A stretch of 64,000 nucleotides of DNA. Origin: Mizuhopecten yessoensis. Taxonomy: Eukaryota. The DNA lies in contig NW_018407478.1 of assembly GCF_002113885.1 (NCBI RefSeq), positions 2,877-66,876 on the forward strand, read 5' to 3'. Below are positions 13,517 to 27,700 of the stretch, piece by piece. The notes under the pieces are model-generated. The model was not told the DNA's origin and ran no database searches. It saw only the letters and a program-made list of their open reading frames with translations. A program made the position numbers and the translations under genes. Within the stretch, counting starts at the first letter, position 1, and each line of letters begins with the position of its first letter.

Positions 13517-15521
13517 GTCTGTAGAAACAACATCTCTAACCTGCCGGAACGTTTGATTCCCGAGTCAACACACACAAACTTACACGACTAGTTGTAACAT
13601 TTATATTATAGGGTGTTTTTTCTCTCGAATCGAACGCTTCCATTCTTATTACCTAAAATATTCTAACATTCTATCGTTAGTTTCATCAGTATTCAAATTA
13701 TAAATAAAATGTTTCTCTAGAACATACGGCAATATATTTTACTGTAATAATAATAACACATCAAAGAGCTATTCCCTGAAGATCTACTTACCTACCATGG
13801 CGGTGTGCTAGTACGGCGAATGTATGTTACTCTGCTAAATTACTGTAAATGACGTATATTTGGTGTGTCACATATTTTCGTGGTATGTCGAGTTAAGAAT
13901 CGAACGTAGATTCAAATTCACAGGAATATATTTATCGTATGCATACATTTAAAAGAGTAATTTGTGTGTGATAATTTAGTAAATTTAAAAAACATTCGCG
14001 ATACATAAACTACAGATGTAGTTCAGAAATGCATAATTATTTTCCTTTAACCAGACTCGTATAGTTAACATTCATTCCTATTTTTTATTGTTTGTGTGTT
14101 TATTTACTCGTGTGCTTGAAACATGCTTCGCGTAACAATGCATTTGGTGTTAGAAAAACGGTAACGATGAACAGCTACTTGGAACAAAGTGACATTGAAA
14201 TGAGGTCTAAAACTATTACATGAAACATTGAACTGATGCTTTAAGCGTCGTGAGTCCGTGTGGTGTACAGTTGCACAGGAAACCTATAAACATGAACGCT
14301 ATTTAAAACAAAAAGCAATAAACAAATTTAGAGTTTACATGATCTTTTCTTATATTTTCTGCATTGAGATAGGACGAAGGAAAATGCCGCTTTTATCAAC
14401 CCGTTTTAGACTACATGTGGTTACACTTTTCATATATCAAAAAACTGAACTGAGATCCTATACAGTTTTGACAAAGCTCCTGATAAAATGACGGTGTTAT
14501 TTGGCGAAAATTTTCGAATCTCAAACGTGAAAACTTTTAGAAATTCTCATCACTATAATAATCTTTCGTGTTTTATGCTTTTTCGTTGTTTTACTTCAAA
14601 TTAATGAAATGAGATTTGAAGGTAGAATAATCACAAACTTGAGTGGTTTGCATGGATACAATCATCCAGAGCACTCCACAAGAACAACATCCGCTACGTG
14701 CCCTGATGTTGAGCGCTTAATGAATGTCCTACTTTTATTCTACACGAGCGTGAGACAAATTTGGCTACAATTCAATTAAGACTTTATTTTTAATGACAAC
14801 AAGTTTACAATGTTTTGATTTGCAGACGAGTTTTATAGATTTAATTGAACGGAAGCTCATCAGCTATTTGCAGGATCACATGACATATCAATTAAACAAA
14901 TATTTAACAGAATAAGCAATGAATATGTACGTACCAATAAAACAAAATCTGAGCCATTTTCAACTTTCAAGCAATTTTGTTTTTTGCATTGCTGTCGTCG
15001 GGAAGCTTGCGCGTTTCCAGGAACCTGAGAGCTGTGCTGTAGAGATAAAGTCTATAGAGAAAAGGACCAGACAGAGAGCAATTAATCCGTTCTTTTTATA
15101 CCAGGGATTGTCTTTTGTGTCATTGGGGCACATTAATAATATATATGATGGCACTAGCGTAACGCGCCCAATTACGACAGTAACAATCCTTTTGTCCAAT
15201 CTTTCTTTTGCTTGTATTTCTATTCTCTATCTTTATTATTCTTATCGTCTGCTATGGGATCAATTTATTTTTGGCGTCTTAGTCTGACCTTAGCTGTTTC
15301 GAGGACGTTTAATTCCAAGTCAAGCTATCGAAAGAGCACTTTTGGCTTTTTTGCAGAACGTTCGCTGATGTGCTGAAGGTCATACCAAGGTCTTTAAAAG
15401 TGGTGTTTTTTATTCTCTGCTAAACGCGCAGCGTTGAGGGTTTACCAGGTGTCAATGTAACCTGACTTAGAACACGGTGCTTAGTGTCTGCATTCTAGAA
15501 TTGTTGTCATCAGATCTAATC

Positions 15522-15711
15522 TATTCCGTCTTTGCGTATTGCATAGTTATCTTCTCTTGATAACAGGTATTGATTGTTACGTCATTTGTTTGTGAGAGTA
15601 ACGTCATCAATTTTTGAGAAAACGACGTAATTTTCTCACACAAACCAATGACGTAACAATCAATACCTGTTCTCAAGAGAAGATAAGTCTGCAATACGCA
15701 AAAACGGAATA
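15522..15711. mobile_element. 190-bp palindromic MITE, copy 1 (TA-flanked)
   Basis: TA-TTCCGTCTTTGCGTATTGCA...TGCAATACGCAAAAACGGAA-TA; near-full-length inverted repeat; shared with two other loci in the window. Confidence 0.85.
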
Positions 15712-17703
15712 GCAAGGAGGCAAATACATAAACATATGGTCTCTGGCACACATGCATACATTATAAACATGGAGTCCTAACCTGAATGAAATACTCTGTA
15801 TAGAGAATGCCAATCTCATTAAACCTTAAGATTCACACTGCACTCGTTAACCAATGGGAACTACAGTAGATATATGAGGTGTAATTGATTCTTTGTGTGG
15901 TAGTTTTTAAATATTCTGCCAAACGAGTGAATCAAACGGGAAATTATTACATTTTTGTATATATAACATTTTCGAGATTAAAAAATCATGTCAAACAAAA
16001 TATTTTCAAAACGTGCGTCATCTCCTAAACAATGTATTTCTATACCTTTCATACATTAGTGTTTCTGAGGTTTTTTTTAGCATTGCCTGGCCTAAAATGA
16101 CTTTAAGTTCGATAGGCCTTAAAGCAATTCAGAAACAAACAGAAATAAAGAGATCCGAGTGCGATCGTACCACCTACCATCGTACCATCGTTATAGGTTC
16201 TACATAAGATTGTTCTTCTGTATTTTGTTCTCCGATATGCTTGATTGAGTCGTGTAAACAGTAAATTGACCTTGTGATAAAATCTTGTACTACTGTGTAT
16301 GACATTGTTATTTTAGATTGAGGTTGTCGTTGGAACTATTTACTAGCATTTATTAGACTGCATTGACCTTCAGCCAAAACGAGAATTTTGTATATTTATA
16401 ATGCAAATCTAAAACCTCTTTTCGAAACAATAACTATATCTACAATTCTAAACCACATGAAAACTGTTGATCTGTTCAAAATGTGGGAAGTATAGCAACT
16501 TCTATTTTTAAATCTCACGGGGTGGGGTTTTTTTTTGGGGGGGGGGGGGATAATATGTTTTTTTCACCAGCATGTTACAAAGTAACAAATCGTGTCCTCT
16601 CGTAGGAGGGCTTCCATACCCCTCACTCTCTTTCATAGCTTCCATACCCCTCACTCTCTTTCATAAACTATCAATTTATGACTTTTTTATAGTGTTCACA
16701 AGTATTTGTTTTTGATTTTAGATAAAACCTGCTTATATTTTGTTATCGTATCCTCGCTCACCATCACTCCAGCTCCTCGCTATCAAAAGTCCATTATAGC
16801 ACTAGGTGGCAATCTCACGTTTGTCTTCTACTTTTTTATTTGTTTGATGCCATTTCTTTTAACATGATTTCGACTTATAATGTTATTATATTTGGAAAAA
16901 GTGATACATGTACATTGTAACACACTGGAGCTTTCGAAATCCAAGATGGCTTCCTGTGAACATTTTGTTTATCTGATCAGCCTAAAACTGAAACATGAAA
17001 AGCGTGAGACCAATGAAAATCAAAACATACAATTTGATAAAGATCTATAGAATACTTCTTGAGAAACAGTGATAGCATCAATCCCAAAATTAATATGTGT
17101 ATATAAGTATTATAAGGAACCTTCATGCAAAATTTGAGAACAGTTCATCCAGTACTTTCGGAGAAATAAGAAGAATTCTTCAAAAACGGAAGGACGGGCA
17201 AAAGACCACGGGCGAAGGGCGATTTGAACATCATCAGATGGCTGACCAAAATCGCACAACGCGGTTAGAATGTTTTATCGAGTATATTATTTCTCAACCA
17301 ACGTGAATCTCAAACCTCTTTTCGAAACAATAACTATATCTACAATTCTAAACCACATGAAAATTGATGTGTTCAAAATGATGGAAGTATAGCCACGTGA
17401 CCTAAGGATGGTCACAGCGGTAGTCCCCAGACAGACTAATATACACTGTATAATACGATCGGATTTTATGGCAGATAGATTACATATAATAGCATTCATA
17501 TAAACATAAACACGGTGTAATTATAACTGAGACCAGAGGTAGTGTTATTTTATAGTTTCGGGAGCCTGGCAACATCTTTGTACTCACTTGCTTGTAATGA
17601 CTTGTGTGAATAGAACAGTTTTCTGAGTTTGCGGTATTATTCAAGTATTTATATTTATGATGGCCGAGAGGAGCGAGTGTTAAAAAATTCTCTGAAACAA
17701 TCA

Positions 17704-17880
17704 TAATAATAATAATAATATACAACATTTGATATAGCGCCCTATCTAACTAACATAAGTCACTCTAAAGCGCTTTACAGTACATAGATATACAATTAAT
17801 ACAATTAGGATATACAATTTTGAGGAATTCGCAGGAGCTGCTTTATCAAGCGCTAACTACTAGTCCTATGCCACCTTGCT
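17704..17880 (-). mobile_element. L2-type 3' tail fragment (SINE/LINE)
   Basis: On -: TGTAAAGCGCTTTAG...GGCGCTATATCAAATG...(ATT)n. Confidence 0.45.
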
Positions 17881-19380
17881 AATATCTCCCTATGTGTGTA
17901 TGCCTGCATGTGTGCTGGAGATCTATTGTGTTCTATTTGTAGTGGGACCGTGCTTCCAACGGTATCATTTATAGTACCACCTCACTTGAATGTTACAGCA
18001 CAGATACCGCAACATCCCCCCCAGGCCATTTTATACTCCAACTGGGTTGTTTGAGTTGCGTGGGCAGGAGAAAAACACTTTCTCTGATATTCCATGCGTG
18101 CGACGCAATAGTAAAAATGTAGGTTTTTGGTAAAAATGTTGTTGTTTGTGTCATGCCTTTCATGTGCATGTAGTTTAGGCGAGCATTTTGGCAATTAAAT
18201 ATGAATTTATTTTGTCATCAATATGAATTATGATTTGACTGTTCGTCTTTTATTGTGAATTTGTATGCATGCATATGTACAAGGGCAACACCTGTTAAAA
18301 AGGATATATATATACATGCAAGCCTTTTATGCTAACATTGGTTATTATTCACCTGATAACGTGATGATTTATTGTCTTTGAAATATTTGAAATTTACATT
18401 TTTTAACAGGTATAATAAATCACTCCTGGTGATCATGTGTACGTGAAACCACAGGTGAAAATACAGGTTGATCTATCATGAAATGCACTCTACCTTTGAA
18501 ATAACAATTAACAAATATACCTAATTCCAACAGATGGTGTTATCCTCTCTCAGCGGACAGCGTGATCACCACACCGTGACATTAGAACAATACGATTAGG
18601 TAGACAGTCCGTTGAGCCTTCACCACTGACCTGACTGGAGAACCTACTAATATATAAACAAAAGAGGATTATAACCCCCATATTTTTTTAGAGTATAAGT
18701 AGTGGACTCCTTGTTTGGGCAACTGCACCATTATATATAGAAAATCATAGTTCACAGGATGTTTGATATTAGGATAAAATCCCATATGAAAAAGAGGAAA
18801 ATCTTTAAAAACCTAAGTCCAGATTATTTTTGGACACAGAAAAAAGGTGTTGCCCGGGCAACTAGGGCAACACCCCTGGGTCCGCCACTGCTTTTTACTA
18901 GTTACTATCTACTTCACGTTAAACATGGGCACAACAAGCTTGTCCTTGTAGCTAGACCTTGACTCCTGAACATGATCTAGCGGTGATACAAGTAGTGCAC
19001 GTAACCTTGGATTTACCACGTTGATATATATATTGTACGTGTAATATTGATCAGTGGTTATGTGGGGTCGTCGAGTAACATTTTATACTAAAACCATGAA
19101 TTCACCCAAGTAAACAATGTGCCTAATTCAACCCAGTACATAATATATATTGATTAAATCAACCCAGTTTTAAATATATCTGAACTAGATAACGGGTTGT
19201 GTATGACTCCATATTCCTGCATTGCTATCTCCATATCAGGAAAAAGCAAGATCCTTGTTCATTGCCCCGTCCAAGTCAACAAAAGTTACGTACTTTCTTC
19301 ACTTCCAAAAAACAAGTCATGATCATTGTTCACCAACTCTTCCGAGTCATGAAAAGTCCCCGTCTGTGTTCTCTTTGTTC

Positions 19381-20525
19381 ACTGTTTCTTCTAAGCCACG
19401 ATCAGTCACGAGCCCATTAACTGTTACTTCCACGCCTCAATTAGTCACAACCCCATTATCTGTTACTTCCACGCCACGATCAGTCACGACCCCATTAACT
19501 GTTACTTCCACGCCACGATCAGTCACGACCCAATTAACTGTTAGTTACAAGCCACGATCAGTCACGACCCCATTAACTGTTACTTCCACGCCACGATCAG
19601 TCACGACCCATTAACTGTTACTTCCACGCCACAATCAATCACGACCCCATTAACTGTTACTTCCAAGCCACGATCAGTCACGACCCATTAACTGTTACTT
19701 CCAAGCCTCGATCAGTCACGACCCAATTAACTGTTAGTTACAAGCCACGATCAGTCACGACCCCATTAACTGTTACTTCCATGCCACGATCAGTCACGAC
19801 CCCATTAACTGTTACTTCCACGCCACGATCAGTCACGACCCCATTAACTGTTACTATCAAGCCACGATCAGTCACGCCCAAAGTAACTGTTACTTCCAAG
19901 CCACGATCAGTCACGACCCCATTAACAGTTACTATCAAGCCACGATCAGTCACGACCCCATTAACTGTTACTGCCAAGCCACGATCAATCCCGACCCCAT
20001 TAACTTTTACTACCAAGCCACGACCAGCCACGCCCCCATTAACAGTTACTATCAAGCCCCGATCAGTCACGCCCAAAGGAACTGTTACTTCCAAGCCCCG
20101 ATCAGTCACGCCCCCATTAACAGTTACTATCAAGCCCCGATCAGTCCCGCCCAAATTAACTTTTACTTCCAAGCCACGATCATTCACGACCCCATTAACT
20201 GGTACTATCAAGCCACGAGCAGTCACGACCCCATTATCTGTTACTATCAAGCCACGATCAGTCACGACCCAATTAACTGTTACTTCCACGCCACGATCAA
20301 TCACGACCCCATTAACTGTTACTTCTAAGCCACGATCAGTGACGACCCCATTAACTGTTACTTCCAAGCCCCGATCAATCACGCCCCCATTAACTGTTAC
20401 TTCTAAGCCACGATCAGTCACGACCCCATTAACTGTTAAAATCAAGCCACGATCGGTCACGACCCCATTAACTGTTACTATCAAGCCACGATCAGTCACG
20501 ACCCCATTAACTGTTACTTTCAAGC
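19381..20525. repeat. 39-bp minisatellite, ~29 copies
   Basis: Unit CCACGATCAGTCACGACCCCATTAACTGTTACTTCCAAG. Confidence 0.95.
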
Positions 20526-21788
20526 AAAGAGAACTTCTCCAAATCAGGCAAAAAAACGAAGAATAAATTATTCTTTTAATAGATACAGAAACGAGGTCAA
20601 ATATGCCATCGTAGGAACTTGATTCACCCGGACAATTCAGTTCCTGAACAAAACCTGACTTAACAGAAGTACTGGCAGCCCTATGTTGAAAGACCCTTTG
20701 TATCCATCACGAAGATAATTTTCGATTCTGATGTCAAAATGGTTGATGACGTTATACGTCGCTGTTTTCCGTTGTGGGAGAGGGCACCGTTAGAAAGGGA
20801 TTCCCCACCGTTACTGGTAACGCTCACACTGTGAACCCGAGTAACAGTTTCACACGAGAGCTTTTTCTATTATTTCATAGAAAATTCTTAACTTCTTTTA
20901 CAATGGTCTAAAATGATAGCACTTTATTTCAATAATTGTTTTAAATAATGAAATGTTTCCGTAAATCAGCGGTAACGATAAGTATAGACTTGATTTTAAT
21001 AGATTGACTACAAACTATTAAGTTTGAGTATTCAATATTCACTGACTTTATTCCATAATAAAAAAAACCTGTATCCACATACCACAACCGTCGTCGGTTG
21101 TTGACCTCCTACAGATCATTTTGGGCGATGGCGTGACAATGCAGTTACCAGTAATTACATCACGATTTCACAAACGATCTCACTTCTAAACGTGCTTCTT
21201 CAGAACGCGATGCTGTGTGTGATATCAGATATCATATATCGTCGTTATTAAAGCACATGCAGAAAATTATTCAAATAACAGATATATTTGTATTATGTTT
21301 TACTGACAAAACCAATATCAGGTACAAAACGTACATGTATGTATTTCGATTAACACACGTGGATTCATAGTAATCCCAGTGTAGGCCTACGTACTTGTGT
21401 GTAGAGATATAGGTGAAAGAGGTTTAGTGATAAGTGGAGGACAAACAAACTGACCGTGTATCTCGGTACATGGATTTCCTACTGCACATTTTTTTAATTT
21501 TTACACTGAAGCCATAAGTATACGTGTATGACAAGAGGTCAGATATATAAGTACAAAGTACGTGCAGTGTGTTCAGAATGCAAAGTACATGTAATTCGTG
21601 GAAGGTAGTACAAGTCATATGTGTGGAACACGTGTCGGGGAGGAGGCGCATTATCTGTCGGGTTTGTTCGGTAGTTTCCGCCAATCTCAATCATATGACC
21701 TTCGGAGCAATCTAGCCTTACTCACTCTCGTGAAGTTGGCCATCGTTAGTAGTCTCATCCCTATAGTGGTTATTTCACTTCTGTCAGA

Positions 21789-24700
21789 ATGTCTCTTGTA
21801 GGAAAATGGGAATTTGTGTCCGCCGACAACTTGGATCAATACATGGAGAGCACGGGTAAGAATATGATATATATATAGTTTGTATATTTTATAAAAGTAT
21901 GAGAAAATATTAACTTCTTAAAGGAACTTATTGTTTGTTCACCTTAATTACTGGGTCTGTTTGTAACTGTTAATATACAATTGTTGGTCAAACTAGTTCA
22001 GATGCGTCTCTACCCGTGTTGAATCGGTCGAAAATGTTCATGACTTTGTAGGATTGGAAAGTTAGCTGTATGACTATAAGTAATCGGAGGCTCTGTATCA
22101 AAGCTGTAGTAGAGAACTTCTACTTCTATTACTCCTATGTTTGCAGTAGAGAACTTCTATTAAGTAGAGAACTTCTATTACTCCTATGTTTGCAGTAGAG
22201 AACTTCTATTAATCCCATGTTTGCAATCAACTTTGACACATATACACGTATTGATTAATATAGATAAAGAAACAGCTGCACATCAGGTGTGAAGATGAAT
22301 GACTGACTGAATAATGACGGGAAAATGGCCACAAGGAAAATTATTCATTAAACTAGTTATATTGCGCCAACGTGTGAGAAATATATTTTTTTATATCAGA
22401 TACTGAGTGAAGACGGACCAAAGTGATAAAACATTTCCATGTGTTTTATTATTCTATAAAAAACGTTGAACAATTAGTCGGAACGTGATTGACTATAGCC
22501 GATCCCATGCTGGTACTGCTGAGTCTGTTCCGTTAACGAGGTCACGTCAACGCGATGTTAATAATACAATGATTAAGGGCAAGGTCACACTCTGACCAGA
22601 TGGAAGGCGTGTCTGTGGTCAGTTGGAGTGGCCGAAATGAAAGGAGCGGTTAATGTTTGCTTTAGTGATGGCGATAGAGTTACACAGTGCCCCGGGGTGT
22701 GAGGCGCGGGGTCATCTCTTCAGTCATTGGTCAACTTAACGAAAACGTGATTTGATTATGTATGATTCCGTATTTTTATCTACCTCGCTTAATTTTCATA
22801 TTACAAAGTTACCTTAGGAATAGGACTTTGCTAACGCGTGTTCGACCTGGGGTGCAGGGAGAGGGAGGGGGTGAGTGGATAAGTTTAGAGACGAAAGAAT
22901 TTTAGCGGAAAGACATTTGCTTATTATAGTGTATTTGTCATTGCACGGACTTAAATAGCTAATTCCGTGGTTATAGTAACTATTCACCAAGGATGACCAA
23001 TTAAATAATTGTGGGAGACACAGAAAGTAAGAGTTTGGGACAATTTATCACCACTGGTAGTTGATGTGAGAGTCTAGGTAAAGTGCAGTGACATCCTCGT
23101 TAACGTTGGTGGTAGTATATATGAAGCTGTCCAGAACTTGACCAGTGTCCGGACTGTCTCGAATTAGGTTAATGTAGCTTATCAGTTTGGACATTGTGAA
23201 ACTGACCATCACTTATTATGAGAAATAGTCCACAATGACCGTGACATCAGTCAAAAGGGAATCTGAGTTTGGACTACGGTTACACCTGCAGTACTTAACG
23301 ACCCTAGTTAGAGAAGACGTACTGTGTATATCGCACAATATATCCGATAGGTGTTTAGGCAATATATGCAAAGTGATATACATATAGGTCGTGCACCGAA
23401 CATCTCAAATGCTTTCACTCCTCATTTCAATGTAGTTGTAAGATAAACAAAATTAGTTAAAATTATATCAAACTTTCTATTGTCTGGCTTTTTCTACATC
23501 AGACTTTTACACTGTTATTGTGTTTCGGTACAGTATAACCGTATAACTACGGAAACGTTGTTTTTTTTAAAATCATTATTACACATGGGTACACATGAGT
23601 TGCACAGGGGTGTATGTGCTATATATACATGTATCTGTACGTACAGGGTCTGTCTGATATCACTGTTTACTATCTGATGGCCGGGTAGAGACGAACCCGT
23701 CCGAGTCTCCTCACGCTGTATCAGTAGCTGATAAAGCGGTTATATATGTAAATTCCCGTTGAAACATATCACAATGTCAGAATTCACAGCTTATCTCGAA
23801 ATCGGCGACATTACAATGTTTGCCATTATAATAAAGCTCTGTGTTGAGTCATTTGGTGTCAAAGAAAAAAAATACACATATGAACATGGAAGAATCATTA
23901 TCATAACCAGAAAAGTTCTCGACATTGAAAATCAAGACCACGGTTTCATTTAATGATTCCTTCGTCTAAAATCGTAAAGGAATTTCTCAGTCTACTTTTT
24001 CCTTAAAATGCGTTTCAGGAACGTTCGTTAACCTAACTAAGGAGTTCCTTCGCGATTAAAGGCTGGGTTCACGTTGCCTTAAAAATTTGAAGGGTGCCTC
24101 AAATTTAAGGGAGGTATAAAGTAAAGGAAGCTTCATGACATGTAAGTAAAGGAATCTCCTAAGATTTAAGGAAAAGCCGGTTGAAGGAGCTTCTTAAATT
24201 TTATGAATGTTCATGAAGCCTGCAGGGCTAGATCTACATAGCGCACGAGTCGATGTATTGTATAAGGTCTACTTTACCACGACACGACCTCGGCGGCATT
24301 ATAAAACGATCCGCGATGGACATTGACTTAATAGCATGCTCGTTTTAGATACGCTAAAAGGTCAATTGTCGGAGAATTACTGTCGCTTTCAGTAATTTGT
24401 CTATGGCTTGCCTGGTGGATTTTAGTTGGTGGCACACCAAAACACATCTTAACACACGAGAACAATTGTTGGCTTTCCCATAAAAGCGCTACGTAAGCAT
24501 TTTTTTCATTGTCTTCAATAATGAGTACAGAAAGTGTCTGGGCATTTGGAAGAACACTGAAGAACAATCAGAATGCTATTTAGTTTTGTCTGTCGGAAAT
24601 GACATTTATAAAGGTATGATAATCATACTGAACTAATAGTATCATTATGGCTTAAATACTGTATCAGATAATGGCGCCAGAAGATATACCAGATACGGGT

Positions 24701-27700
24701 TAGACAGTAAACGTGGTTTTACTGTAATATTTCAGTGCTGTGTTGTTCAAAATATAATTTAAGAGTTAGTTCCTGTTCGCGCATGGTAACATTACACTGA
24801 CGATCCGGTGCAAAATGCCTTTTCTAATTTCTTCGATACTTGAATGAAAATCTGTTTGAACGTTTCTTGTCCTGAGATAGACATATTCCGTCTTTGCGTA
24901 TTGCAGAGTTATCTTCTCTTGAGAGCAGGTATTGATTGTTACGTCATTTGTTTGTGAGAGTAACGTCATCAATGTTTGAGAAAAGGACGTAATTTCCTCA
25001 CATGAACCAATGACGTAACAATCAATCCCTACTCTCAAGAGAAGATAACTCTGCAATATGCAAAGACGGAATAAAAAATATCGTATAGTTAATCGTATTA
25101 ATCGTTATTACAATCTATGTATTGGTATGCGCTATTCTTAACTGCACCAGAGCTCTTCTAGTCTTCATTTATTTCTGAGTGTTTCCTCCTGGACTTAAAG
25201 GTTTGCATTTATAATATTGTGGACGATGTTGGTACGAAGCAATAAAAAAATATATGAAAAACATGATTTTGACCTTTGTTCAAGAGGTCAAAGGATTGAA
25301 TTATCTCAATGTCTCCAATATGGCGTCAGCGAAATCCCGCTGATAAGGCTAGCAGACCTATCGGTCTCGAGTTCAAACCAAATTCCATGTTCCAATCGCC
25401 AGTAAAGCCACTCAAAACAACGTACTATCCCCTAAATAATCTCCCGGAAGAGATAGTAATTGCCCTAACTCCACAATGCAGTTAACTATATAGTAATGAA
25501 CTCCGCAATGCAATTAACAATATAATTATACTTATGAGGAAGTCCTTTACACGAGTTGTCACTGTACATCGATATAATAATTGAGTATCGATTTGTGTGG
25601 GGGTTATCAAAATTCACACCTGCCATGTTCGACCTTCTACATCTACGTATAGTGACCAGAATAGTCTCGCTAATGGCCTACTGACCATTGGCACGTGAAC
25701 GTACAGCAGTACTTTTACCGTGATGGTGTCAATTTCTTTCCGAAAACAAATATCATGCTCACCTCACAGCACCCGGCAACATGCTGGTGATTATTGGGGT
25801 AATGACTACCGTGAACCCCTGGGCAGTTATCCGTTTATCCAAATATCTTTGGTACTACTGTTTACAATAAACATGCCAAGATATACAGGACGTATACCCT
25901 CAGAGATCAAATTATTGCTCTATATCGGAATGTTCTTCACAGGGTCAAGGACTGTGTACATACAGGTTTATATTTAGTCTTACGAAAATCACCCAATCAG
26001 TGTGTTTTTGTATGAAGAATTTCTCAACTGCACTTTACTACTAGCGTATCTCTCCCTAATTTAAATCTTATTAAAGTTGATTTTCTCTGTAAATGATTCA
26101 ATGTTCTAGATTCTTGTGTGTCTTGTATGAACCCCTTTGGATGTGCGTTGTTGTTATATGTGTTACCACATACGTCTGTTTTACTGACTATGATTGTGTT
26201 AATATGTATGTCTGTTCTAATGGTTATACTTTACGCGTTCACCTTATATGTTGAAATTTGGATTTATGTTAATGTTGTTGTTTGTGAATTGGTAATGGTA
26301 CACGTATATGGTTATTAACCTGCTGTTGTCTATATAAACATGTATGCTCGTGTTTTAGTGTAGGCACGTGCTGTTGTCTATATAAACATGTATGCTCGTG
26401 TTTTAGTGTAGGCACGTGCATGTGCTGTTGTCTATATGTATGATCGGGCTTTAGTATAATGCACGTGCTGTTGTCTATATTCATGTTCGTGTTTAAGTGT
26501 ATGCATGTGCTGTTGTCTATATGTGTAATCGTGCTTTGGTTTCTCCACGTGCTGTTGTCTATATTTATGCTTGTGCTTTAGTGTATGCACGTGCTGTTGT
26601 CTATATGTATGCTCGTGCTTTAGTGTATGCACTTGCTGTTGTCTATATGTATGTTCGTACTTTAGGGTATGCACTTGCTGTTGTCTATATGTATGCTCGT
26701 GCTTTTGTGTATGCACGTGCTTTTGTCTACATGTATGCTCGTGCTTTAGAGTATGCACTTGCTGTTGTCTATATTTATGTTATGCTTTAGTGTATGCACG
26801 TGCTGTTGTCTTCACGTATGCTCGTGCTTTAGTGTATGCACTTGCGGTTGTCTATATTTATGTTGTGCTTTAGTGTATGCACGTGCAGTAGTCTACATGT
26901 ATGCTCGTGCTTTAGTGTATGTACGTGCTGTTGTCTATATGTATGCTCGTGCTTTTGTTTATGCACGTGCTGTTGTCTACATGTATGCACGTGCTTTTGT
27001 CTATATGTATGCTCGTGCTTTAGTGGATGCACGTGCTGTTGTCTATATGTATGCGCGTGCTTTTGTGTATGCACGTGCTGTTGTCTATAGGTATGCTCGT
27101 GCTTTAGTGTATGCACTTGCTGTTGTCTATATTTATGTTGTGCTTTAGTGTATGCACGTGCTGTTGTCTACATGTATGCTCGTGCTTTAGTGTATGCACT
27201 TGCTGTTGTCTATATGTATGCTCGTGCTTTAGTGTATGCACTTGCTGTTGTCTATATTTATGCTCGTGCTTTTATTGTATGCACGTGCTGTTGTCTACAT
27301 GTATGCTCGTGCTTTAGTGTATGCACGTGCTGTTGTCTATATGTATGCTCGTGCTTTAGTGTATGCACTTGCTGTTGTCTATATGTATGTTCGTACTTTA
27401 GTGTATGCACTTGCTGTTGTCTATATGTATGCTCGTGCTTTAGTGTATGCTCGTGCTGTTGTCTATATGTATGCTCGTTCTTTAGTGTATGCACTTGCTG
27501 TTGTCTATATGGATGTTCGTACTTTAGTGTATGCACTTGCTGTTGTCTATATGGATGTTCGTACTTTAGTGTATGCACTTGCTGCTGTCTATATGTATGC
27601 TCGTACTTTAGTGTATGTACGGGCTGTTGTCTATATGTATGCTCGTGCGTTAGTGTATGCACTTGCTGTTGTCTATACGTATGTTCGTACTTTAGTGTAT

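Noticed and set aside
19381-20525. CRISPR-like regular repeat (also 41688-42082)
   Set aside because: Head-to-tail units with no unique spacers, no cas genes and a eukaryotic context
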